Positions 46,373 through 54,612 of a stretch of 64,000 nucleotides of DNA are shown here, one piece after another (position 1 is the first letter of the stretch; each line of letters begins with the position of its first letter). Source of the DNA: an uncultured Candidatus Saccharibacteria bacterium (lineage in GTDB: Bacteria; Patescibacteriota; Minisyncoccia; UBA6257; UBA11618); NCBI GenBank assembly GCA_964363475.1, contig CAYIII010000001.1:2170-66169 (forward strand). The letters are read 5' to 3'. The notes beneath the pieces were generated by a model that worked only from the letters and a program-made list of their open reading frames with translations, did no database searches and was not told where the DNA came from. A program made the translations under genes and the position numbers.

Positions 46373-47138
46373 AATCAGTTAGAGCGGTTTCGTAGTCCAA
46401 TTTTCCCGATTTAACGGCAATGTCATAATCGGCCATTAATTTTTTATTTTCAGGACTTGTCGTGAAAGCCAAAACATTAAATATCTTAGCCGGGTCTTCT
46501 TCTTTTATTAATGTCTCCAAAATGGGTATTTTGCTTAAAAAATTACCGCGAGATAATTTATTAACTAAATTAAAAAAATCGTACCCTAATTGGAAATTGG
46601 TTCGCCAGTTGGCGGATGGAAATTGGAAATTATACAAAGCCAATTTGTCTAGCTCCGTAACAAGTCCCCAGCAATCCCCCCTATATTGCCTTAATAAATT
46701 ATTTAAAAAATCCAAAGGCAATTTTAGGTCTCTTTTTTCCAATTCTTTTTGCGCAAACTTTTCCCAGTCCTTATTTTGTAAAGTATCAAACTCTTGAAAA
46801 ATAACCGGTTTCTTCAAGAGAAAATCAAATTCCTTATTGGGCTTGTCATCAGAGACCAGCAATAAAATAAGCTCCTTTGTTGATAAGTTCTTCTTGAAAA
46901 TTTCTTTTAATTCCGATTGGAAGGGATTGGCAACTACTGCCATTCTGAAAGAATCAAACAAAGAAACCGCCGACACAAATTCCTTCAAACGAATCAAATC
47001 GTCGCCCTCCTCTAAATCAAACTTATCAACGCTTAAATGAGAATGTTTTAATTGATACTGCTTAACAATCTCCTTCTGCTTATGAAATCTGAAATATGAT
47101 TCCGGGCCGTAGAGAAAAATAATCATTGAATCTGGCAA
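46356..47138 (-). CDS. holA: DNA polymerase III subunit delta-like protein
   Basis: N-terminal IIFLYGPESYF (typical HolA start). Contains the in-frame palindromic repeat at 46589-46630. Confidence 0.55.
   Translation of the reverse strand: MPDSMIIFLYGPESYFRFHKQKEIVKQYQLKHSHLSVDKFDLEEGDDLIRLKEFVSAVSLFDSFRMAVVANPFQSELKEIFKKNLSTKELILLLVSDDKPNKEFDFLLKKPVIFQEFDTLQNKDWEKFAQKELEKRDLKLPLDFLNNLLRQYRGDCWGLVTELDKLALYNFQFPSANWRTNFQLGYDFFNLVNKLSRGNFLSKIPILETLIKEEDPAKIFNVLAFTTSPENKKLMADYDIAVKSGKLDYETALTDFAIML
46589..46630. repeat. Intragenic palindromic repeat element #3 (ATTGGAAATTGG-TTCGCCAGTTGGCGGA-TGGAAATTGGAAATT), encoding NFQFPSANWRTNFQL
   Basis: Direct reading; same frame and peptide as copy #1 in ileS. 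Confidence 0.8.
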
Positions 47139-47974
47139 TTAGGACAATAATAAGCGGACCTGCCTCCTTTTTTAGAACGAATAATCTTAGTTCCACACCT
47201 TTTGCAGGACTCTCTTTCTCTTTTATAAACAAGCCGTCTGTCGCCATAAAAACCTGATTTACCATCAATGTCCCGATAATCGCTGACGGACGTCCCCCGC
47301 AATTTAAGAGCCGATTTGAGAACTTTTTTCATTGCCAAATATATTCTTTTAATTTCTTCTTCGCTTAATTTTTTAGCCGACTTGAAAGGAAAAACCTTTC
47401 CCTCCCATAAAATATCACTGGAATATATATTGCCGATACCGGCAATAACCGTTTGGTCCATTAAAACCTGGTAAATCGTTTTATTCCTGCTTTTTATTTT
47501 TTCAGCAAAACCCTCAACCCTTAATTTAGAATCAAGGGCGTCGGGTCCCAGCTTCTTTAATTCCGGCAAATCTTCTATTTCCTTTTTAGGCCCAAAAACG
47601 GCTTTGGCGAATTTTCTTAAGTCGGAAAGGCCAATCATCTCGCCGTTGTCTAAAATTAAAATAAAATGAATATACCCATTAACTTTTTCTTTTAAAGATT
47701 CCGGAGCCAGAGGCACGATTTTTCTTCCGTCAATTTTCCACTTTCCAACCAAAATATGACCGGTCATTTTTTGATGAACCAGCAAAATCTTATCATCGCT
47801 TAAATAAAATAAAATATTTTTTCCTCGCCTAACCACCCTTTGAATGGTTAAACCAACGGACTTTTCTGTAATTTTTAATTTGTTCCAGTCAAACCAAGCG
47901 CCAACTATTTTAAGGCCCGCTACTCTTTTATTTAAGCCGTCAACTATTGTTTGGACTTCAGGAAGTTCGGGCAT
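47123..47974 (-). CDS. mutM: formamidopyrimidine-DNA glycosylase
   Basis: N-terminal MPELPEV and C-terminal zinc finger CKRCG...CPNCQ. Confidence 0.88.
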   Translation of the reverse strand: MPELPEVQTIVDGLNKRVAGLKIVGAWFDWNKLKITEKSVGLTIQRVVRRGKNILFYLSDDKILLVHQKMTGHILVGKWKIDGRKIVPLAPESLKEKVNGYIHFILILDNGEMIGLSDLRKFAKAVFGPKKEIEDLPELKKLGPDALDSKLRVEGFAEKIKSRNKTIYQVLMDQTVIAGIGNIYSSDILWEGKVFPFKSAKKLSEEEIKRIYLAMKKVLKSALKLRGTSVSDYRDIDGKSGFYGDRRLVYKRERESCKRCGTKIIRSKKGGRSAYYCPNCQIQ

Positions 47975-49040
47975 GTTCTAACGGCAATGTAAAATAAAAA
48001 GTTGATCCCCTGTCTAATACGGATTCCACCCAAACATTCCCTCCGTGTTCCTCAATAATATTTTTTACTAAATATAATCCCAAGCCGGAACCACCCACGA
48101 CAAACTTTTCAACATTTTTAGCCCGAAAAAATTTGCTAAATAAATTAGGCAAATCATCTTCTGAAATACCAATGCCAGTGTCCTTAACGGAAACCTGCAC
48201 TGAATTATTTTTCTTGCTTACACCTACTGTTATCCTGCCCCCCGAAACATTATATTTTATGGCATTATCAATTAAATTAGATATAGCCAGCCCCAGTTTC
48301 GCGGAATCCGCAGAAACCGTAATTTCTTTTTCCGGAGGTCTTTCAAAATAAAGATTAACTTTGTATTCTCCAGCAATAGGCGATGCCTCTGCCAATAATT
48401 TGTCCAAAAAATCTATCAAATTGATGTTTTGAAACTGATAATCAAACCTACCTTCCTCTAGTTGGGCGACGTTTAACAAATCATTAATAATTTTTAATAA
48501 TCCCTGCGATGTTTTATAACCGATATTCACCGCCTCCCTTGAAGAAACATTCAGGCCTTGATCCTTCATTAAATTCTCAAAAGACCAATTAATAGCCGTT
48601 GCGGGAGTTCGTAATTGGTGTGCGGCGACAGTCACAAAATCGCTTTTGGACTTTAACAAAGACGCCTCTCGGGTAACGTCTTTGACCAGTTTTATAAAAG
48701 CGATAATTTGCCCTCCTTCGTCTTTAACCTGACTGGTGCGGGTCTCATATTCTTTACGCGGATTATCTAATATTATCTTCAAGACCTGAAAATCGTCATT
48801 TGTTTCGGAAAGCCGCACGACAGTGGGAGCCAAAGACGAATAAATAATCATAGATAAAGATTTCCAACTGGAATCTTGCGCTTTATCCAAAGTAAAATTT
48901 TGGCCAATTATATCTTGGGCCTTCACGCCAAACATATCTTCAGCCCCTTTATTGAAATGTAAAATCTGAAAATTATTATCGTAAATAATCAGGCCGCTAT
49001 CAAGGGTCTCTGCTAATATTTTTAATAATTGCGTATCCAT
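47958..49040 (-). CDS. sensor histidine kinase (PAS, HisKA, HATPase_c)
   Basis: H-box AAHQLRTP, N-box NLIDNAIKY, G-boxes DTGIGI and GGSGLGL. Confidence 0.8.
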   Translation of the reverse strand: MDTQLLKILAETLDSGLIIYDNNFQILHFNKGAEDMFGVKAQDIIGQNFTLDKAQDSSWKSLSMIIYSSLAPTVVRLSETNDDFQVLKIILDNPRKEYETRTSQVKDEGGQIIAFIKLVKDVTREASLLKSKSDFVTVAAHQLRTPATAINWSFENLMKDQGLNVSSREAVNIGYKTSQGLLKIINDLLNVAQLEEGRFDYQFQNINLIDFLDKLLAEASPIAGEYKVNLYFERPPEKEITVSADSAKLGLAISNLIDNAIKYNVSGGRITVGVSKKNNSVQVSVKDTGIGISEDDLPNLFSKFFRAKNVEKFVVGGSGLGLYLVKNIIEEHGGNVWVESVLDRGSTFYFTLPLEHARTS

Positions 49041-50276
49041 TTATAGTGGTTTTAATTCCCCCCAATTACAGCCGATTTTAACATTAACTTTAAGAGGGAC
49101 GCTTAAACGATAAATCGATTCCATTATATTTTTAATATCATCAACGACATCTTTTACTTTATCATCCTCAATTTCAAACAACAACTCGTCATGAATAGAC
49201 AGCAAAAGACGGTATTTATTGGTTTGAATCATCGCCATTTTAATAATATCCGCGGCCAAGCTTTGAATCGGCATATTAATTGCCGCCCTCTCCGCTTCAA
49301 TGGGCAGCCATCTTTTCCTTCCGTTTAAATTTTCCACATATCCCTTTTGACGCAGCTCATTTTTAACTTTTTCCTGCCAATCGCGAACTTGGGCAAAATC
49401 GTTAAAATATTCCGCAATAAATTTTTCCGCTTCTTGACGAGACAAACCGCTAGCTCGAGCAAAAGCCGAAGGACCCATACCGTATACAACGCCAAAATTT
49501 AAGGTTTTAGCTAATTGTCTCATATCTAAAGTTACTTTTTCTAACGGCGTGTTAAAAACTTGACTGGCTGTTAATTTGTGAATATCTAAATCATTTTGAA
49601 AGGCCTCAATCATTTTTTTGTCGTTAGCCGCCGTCGCCAAAACTCTTAATTCTATTTGAGAATAATCAAAAGAGACAAAAACACAGCCAGCTCTGGCGAC
49701 AAAAGCCGGCCTAATAACATCGGGAACATTTTGTAAATTGGGATTTTTAGAGCTTAATCTTCCGGTAGCGGTTCCTGTTTGCAAAAAAGTGGTGCGCGCC
49801 ATCTCTCCCAAGCCCAATAAGGGCTCTACGTAAGTGGATTGGGCTTTAAAAATTTCGCGATAATTTAAGATTAAAGAAATGACGGGGTGCTTATCTTTAA
49901 TCAATTCCAATTGTCCAGCGGCCGTGGACTTCAGCCGAGGAACGATTTTTAACTTATCAAATAAAACGGCCGCCATCTGTTTAGGCGAATTAACATTAAA
50001 CTCTCCCGTATGTTGATATATTTTCTTTATCAAGTCCTCAATTTGTTGAGATTGTCTTTTCCTTAAATTTTTTAAAAAATTAGAGTCCAAACCGACGCCT
50101 CTCTCGTGCATATCTTTCAAAACGGGCATTAGCGGCAATTCTATTTCTTTTAAAATTTTATCCAATCCAAACTGAGCTAATCTTTCCTCGGCCTCTTTAA
50201 GACGAAGACCCGCGTAAACTTGCGGCTCATCGGGATTTAAAAGCCAATTAATTATGTCTCTTTCGGTTTCCGTCAT
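49041..50276 (-). CDS. polA: DNA polymerase I, polymerase domain only (family A)
   Basis: Motif A (DYSQIELR), motif B (RQLAKTLNFGVVYG), motif C (HDELLFE). No 3'-5' exonuclease domain. Start overlaps the upstream 5'-3' exonuclease ORF by 4 nt. Confidence 0.8.
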   Translation of the reverse strand: MTETERDIINWLLNPDEPQVYAGLRLKEAEERLAQFGLDKILKEIELPLMPVLKDMHERGVGLDSNFLKNLRKRQSQQIEDLIKKIYQHTGEFNVNSPKQMAAVLFDKLKIVPRLKSTAAGQLELIKDKHPVISLILNYREIFKAQSTYVEPLLGLGEMARTTFLQTGTATGRLSSKNPNLQNVPDVIRPAFVARAGCVFVSFDYSQIELRVLATAANDKKMIEAFQNDLDIHKLTASQVFNTPLEKVTLDMRQLAKTLNFGVVYGMGPSAFARASGLSRQEAEKFIAEYFNDFAQVRDWQEKVKNELRQKGYVENLNGRKRWLPIEAERAAINMPIQSLAADIIKMAMIQTNKYRLLLSIHDELLFEIEDDKVKDVVDDIKNIMESIYRLSVPLKVNVKIGCNWGELKPL

Positions 50277-51157
50277 AATTTGTCTATTAAACTATTAAAT
50301 CCAAGTTTTTGAAAGTGCGATATTAAAGAATTTTTATCATATGGACGCAATTTGAAATCATTTAATGATTTTATTTCTAACGGCACGTCTTTTTTAATCG
50401 TGGCTAATTCCTTGGAAAGAAGGGCAATTTCTTTTTGGGCTTCCAGTTTAACGCCGATTTTGTCGGAAATTTCCCATAAATTATTAAAAATATTCTCTAA
50501 ACTGCCGTATTTTTGTAATAATGGTATGGCCGTCTTATAACCAACGCCTTTTACTCCGGGAATATTATCCGAAGTGTCGCCCACCAGCCCCTTTAAGTCC
50601 GGTAATTGTTTGGGGGTTAAGCCATAACGATTTTTCACGGCAACTTCATTGTATATTTCCACATCGCTTGTCCCCTTTTTAATAATCTCCACGACAATCT
50701 TGTCATTATCCACTAACTGCAAGTTATCCAAGTCCCCGGAAAGAATGGATGTGATTAAGTCCGGTTCGTTTTTAAATTTTTCGGCTAAACTTCCGATTAA
50801 ATCATCGGCCTCATAACCGGCTTTCTCTATTACTTTAACGCCAAATTGTTCAAATAATTCCCTGGCTTTATTGAATTGCGATATTAATTCGGGAGCCGGC
50901 TTAGGGCGTTGTATTTTGTATTCTTTAAAGACCTCTGCCCTAAAAGTTTTTTCCGGCCTGTCAAAAGTCGCGATAACATAATCCCGTTTCTTTTCCTTAA
51001 AGATATTAAGGATAAGGCGCGCTAATCCGTAAATGGAGCCGACGGATTCTCCTGCTGGCGTGGTTAGCGGCGGCAAGGCGTAGAAAAAACGATAGATTAG
51101 GGCGTGGGAATCAATCAATAATAATGTTTCTTTCATTTTTATCTTTTCCATGCTCAA
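50273..51157 (-). CDS. 5'-3' exonuclease (Pol I N-terminal / FEN-like domain) as a separate ORF
   Basis: LLLIDSHALIYRFFYA start, acidic metal-binding residues, HhH region (GVKGVGYKTA). Confidence 0.8.
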   Translation of the reverse strand: MSMEKIKMKETLLLIDSHALIYRFFYALPPLTTPAGESVGSIYGLARLILNIFKEKKRDYVIATFDRPEKTFRAEVFKEYKIQRPKPAPELISQFNKARELFEQFGVKVIEKAGYEADDLIGSLAEKFKNEPDLITSILSGDLDNLQLVDNDKIVVEIIKKGTSDVEIYNEVAVKNRYGLTPKQLPDLKGLVGDTSDNIPGVKGVGYKTAIPLLQKYGSLENIFNNLWEISDKIGVKLEAQKEIALLSKELATIKKDVPLEIKSLNDFKLRPYDKNSLISHFQKLGFNSLIDKL

Positions 51158-51542
51158 ATTCTATCCACAAAGCGGATTTTGGCAATAATTCCTTGATTTT
51201 GTCCGCCCATTCTATTAAAAGAATATTTTTGGGATTATCTAGTATCTCCTTAAATCCTAGCGCCAGCAATTCTTCTGGATTTTTTATGCGATAGCAATCT
51301 ATGTGATAAGCCGAGGCGTAATTTTGTCCGCCAATCGGCGAATTTAATTTATAATTTTTAATTATCGTAAAGGTGGGACTTGTAATTCTGCCTTTCACCT
51401 TCAATGCCCTTAAAAAAAATTGGGAAAAGGTAGTTTTTCCAGCGCCCAAATCGCCAATTAAAGCAAAAATTCTGCAAGGCAACCGAGATGCTAGGTCCTC
51501 GGCTACTTCTCTAGTGTTAAAAATATCTTTTGAATTGGTCAT
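51111..51542 (-). CDS. tsaE: tRNA threonylcarbamoyladenosine biosynthesis protein TsaE
   Basis: P-loop GDLGAGKTTF; about 143 aa. Confidence 0.75.
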   Translation of the reverse strand: MTNSKDIFNTREVAEDLASRLPCRIFALIGDLGAGKTTFSQFFLRALKVKGRITSPTFTIIKNYKLNSPIGGQNYASAYHIDCYRIKNPEELLALGFKEILDNPKNILLIEWADKIKELLPKSALWIEFEHGKDKNERNIIID

Positions 51543-52537
51543 ATAAGCGTCTCTTGCGGCGGCTTAAATCCTAAATGCTGATAAGCTAATGGCGTTGCTA
51601 TCCTGCCGGAGGTGGTGCGCCGCAAAAAACTGATTGTAAGCAGATAGGGCTCTATGACATCTTCTATATTTTCCGGGTCATCGCTAAGAGCGGCGGCGAT
51701 AGAATTAATGCCCACAGGCCCACCGTCAAATTTCTTAATAATGACTTCTAAAAAACGCCTGTCCAAAAACTCCAAGCCCAATTCGTCTATTTCCAACAAA
51801 TCTAAAGTTTTTTTAACCGCGTCGCCGCTTACTTCTTTTATATCGTGGACTTCAACATAGTCCCTCACTCTTTTTAAAAGACGATTAGCCACTCTAGGCG
51901 TAAAACGAGAGGATTTAGCTACCATTGAAACAGCTTCATTGCTCATTTTCATGCCCAAAATTTTTGCGGACCTTTTTATAATTTCTTCAATATCCTCCAA
52001 ATCATAAAAATCCAGCTTAAAGGAAGCCCCAAAGCGAGAACGCAGCGGTCCGGATAATAAATGAATGCGGGTGGTGGCGGCAATCATAGTAAAAGGCGGG
52101 AGGTCTAAAGAAACAGTCCGCGCGCCCGGCCCCTTTCCGATAATCAAATGCAGTTTACGGCTTTCCATAGCCGGATAAAGAACTTCTTCAATGGACTTAT
52201 TTAAACGATGCGCCTCGTCAATAAACAACACATCGTTTTTTTCTAAATTGCTTAAAATAGCCGCTAAATCCCCCATTTTTTCCACAGCCGGACCGGAAGT
52301 AACTCTAATATTACAACCTAATTCTTTAGCCACGAGCATTGCCAAAGTGGTTTTGCCCAGTCCCGCTTGCCCATAAAACAAAAGATGGTCGCAGGATTCT
52401 TGTCTTTTTTTAGCGGCTTCAAGTATAATCTTTAGATTTTTCTTAATTTTCCTCTGGCCCACATAATCATCCCAATTTATGGGCCGCAAAGCCGAATCAA
52501 TTGTTAAATAATCGTTTTCCACAGATTTTATTGACAT
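51539..52537 (-). CDS. ruvB: Holliday junction DNA helicase RuvB
   Basis: Walker A GQAGLGKTTLA, Walker B VLFIDEAHRL, sensor motifs. Confidence 0.9.
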   Translation of the reverse strand: MSIKSVENDYLTIDSALRPINWDDYVGQRKIKKNLKIILEAAKKRQESCDHLLFYGQAGLGKTTLAMLVAKELGCNIRVTSGPAVEKMGDLAAILSNLEKNDVLFIDEAHRLNKSIEEVLYPAMESRKLHLIIGKGPGARTVSLDLPPFTMIAATTRIHLLSGPLRSRFGASFKLDFYDLEDIEEIIKRSAKILGMKMSNEAVSMVAKSSRFTPRVANRLLKRVRDYVEVHDIKEVSGDAVKKTLDLLEIDELGLEFLDRRFLEVIIKKFDGGPVGINSIAAALSDDPENIEDVIEPYLLTISFLRRTTSGRIATPLAYQHLGFKPPQETLI

Positions 52538-52739
52538 TAGCCAGTGACTATGATATAATTACGGCGGTTTAACTTTTAAGCCGTAAGAAGGCGTTAATCT
52601 GTGGGCGGGAATTTTTTTTAGCATTTCGGATGGCTTGGCTCCGGCTGTGCCACTCCTCGAAGAAATTCTAACCTCTTTCACTTAAGAAAGAGACTTTTAT
52701 TGTTCTCGGCTCTCATATCGAGACACTTTAGCCCACAGA

Positions 52740-54089
52740 TTAATGCCTTTTTATTATGCCCGCAACTCTTTCCACTTCTTCTAAAGTAGTTATACCACGA
52801 AGCGCTTTTAAAATTCCATCCTGTTGCATCGTCACCATACCGTTTGCGATAGCAAAGCTCTGTATTTCGGTTTCACTGGCTTGTTTTTCTATTAAATTTT
52901 CTATTTTTTCATCAACTTTTAATAATTCAAAAATCCCCACCCTTCCTTTATAACCTAAATGATTGCACTTATCACAGCCGCCCGGTTCAAACATCTGAAA
53001 AGGGCCGTTTTCTTTCGCTCTTTCCGGCAATGCCGCTAAAAAACTGTCAATCCACTCCTTTGTTTCGGAAGAAATTTCTTTGGCCTTCTTGCAATCGGGA
53101 CACAAACGGCGCGCCAATCTTTGCGCCATTATTAAACTAAGCGAAGGGCCGATACTGGATGCCTTAACATTCAAGTCCAATAATCTTGGAATGGCTCCTG
53201 CGGCTTCATTTGCGTGGATAGTGGAAAAAACAAGGTGTCCCGTCAAAGCCGCTTGAATAGCTATCTCCGCTGTTTCTTGGTCGCGAATTTCACCTATCAG
53301 AATCACATCCGGGTCTTGCCTTAATATAGATCGCAGTCCGTTGGCAAAATTATAATTGCCATTAGAAGTTACTTGGGTTTGTTCTATGCCCCCTAAATGA
53401 TATTCAATAGGGTCTTCTATGGTGATTATTTTAATTTCGGAAGTTTGTTTCTTTTTAAGAAAAGCGTAAAGAGTGGTTGTTTTGCCGGAACCGGTAGGGC
53501 CGGTATTTAAAATCATCCCGTTTGGAGCGGCCAATTCCTCCTGCACGATTGCCGAATCATCGGAACGCAGTCCTAATTCTTCCAGAGAAACAATGAGCGC
53601 GTCCGGGTCCAGTAAGCGCAAGACGGCAGTTTCTCCGTATTCCGATGGAACAATAGAAACACGGATGTCAATGTTTCTCGCGGCTAATTTTATGGTAAAA
53701 CGGCCGTCTTGGGGCTTATCAGTTATATTTAATTTAAGATTAGAAAGGAACTTTACCCTATTAATAATCAATTTATAAAAATCTAAAGAAAAACTAGCTG
53801 TGTCGTATAAAAGGCCGTCAACCCTGTATCTGATTTTCACGTCGCTTGCTCCGGGCTCAAGATGAACATCGGAGACGCGGTTGGCCAGAGCGCCCCCCAA
53901 TATTATTTCCAGCAAATAAGCCGTTGATTGATTTTTAAAATCAAAGCCGTCAACCCACTTTTTCACTTCTCGCAAACTGGTTAATTGTTTATAGAGTTCC
54001 TCTATCTCTCCGTTAGCCGCGCGCTTTGATTCTCTTTCTTCGGCCTCTTTTTTTAATCTCAAAAATTGCGCTTCAATTGGCGAAGTCAT
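52740..54089 (-). CDS. type II secretion / type IV pilus assembly ATPase (GspE/PilB family)
   Basis: Walker A GPTGSGKTT, Asp box, His box, and the tetracysteine motif CPDC...CDKC. Confidence 0.85.
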   Translation of the reverse strand: MTSPIEAQFLRLKKEAEERESKRAANGEIEELYKQLTSLREVKKWVDGFDFKNQSTAYLLEIILGGALANRVSDVHLEPGASDVKIRYRVDGLLYDTASFSLDFYKLIINRVKFLSNLKLNITDKPQDGRFTIKLAARNIDIRVSIVPSEYGETAVLRLLDPDALIVSLEELGLRSDDSAIVQEELAAPNGMILNTGPTGSGKTTTLYAFLKKKQTSEIKIITIEDPIEYHLGGIEQTQVTSNGNYNFANGLRSILRQDPDVILIGEIRDQETAEIAIQAALTGHLVFSTIHANEAAGAIPRLLDLNVKASSIGPSLSLIMAQRLARRLCPDCKKAKEISSETKEWIDSFLAALPERAKENGPFQMFEPGGCDKCNHLGYKGRVGIFELLKVDEKIENLIEKQASETEIQSFAIANGMVTMQQDGILKALRGITTLEEVERVAGIIKRH

Positions 54090-54132
54090 TATTTATAAGA
54101 TATTCTAAATTTAGATACTAAACAATATATAA

Positions 54133-54597
54133 ATGAAAATATTAGGCATTGACCCGGGCAGTTCCCGAATTGGCTACGGATTAATTGAGAAAACCGGACA
54201 AAAATTAAAATTAATAAGGGCTGACACGCTGGAGATAAAAGAAAAGGACCCTAATCAAAAATTGCTTTATTTGGCCGCTGATTTTAAAAAACTTCTTGAG
54301 GAGTGCAAGCCGGATTTGCTTGGCATAGAAAAAATATTTTTTTATAAAAATGTAAAGACCGCCATTGAAGTGGCTCAAGCCCGCGGAGTTTTAGTGCTTT
54401 TAACATTACAAAGGGGGATTCCACTGGTGGAATTTACGCCCCAAAAGGTAAAAAAAGCGACCACTAATTATGGCTCCGCCGATAAACAGGCGGTAGCTAA
54501 AATGGTTTCTCTATTACTAAACGAACCGCAAACCAAAAGATTAGACGACACCACGGACGCAATAGCAATCGCTATCACAGCGGCAAATAATTATTGA
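54133..54597 (+). CDS. ruvC: crossover junction endodeoxyribonuclease RuvC
   Basis: MKILGIDPGSSRIGYGLIE start; catalytic acidic residues. Confidence 0.85.
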   Translation: MKILGIDPGSSRIGYGLIEKTGQKLKLIRADTLEIKEKDPNQKLLYLAADFKKLLEECKPDLLGIEKIFFYKNVKTAIEVAQARGVLVLLTLQRGIPLVEFTPQKVKKATTNYGSADKQAVAKMVSLLLNEPQTKRLDDTTDAIAIAITAANNY

Positions 54598-54612
54598 TTG
54601 TCATTCTGTGTC

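Noticed and set aside
52594-52742. SRP RNA or 6S RNA in the gspE-ruvB spacer
   Set aside because: No match to SRP domain IV (GGAAG...AGCAGCC) or other conserved cores. Kept only as a low-confidence structured region.
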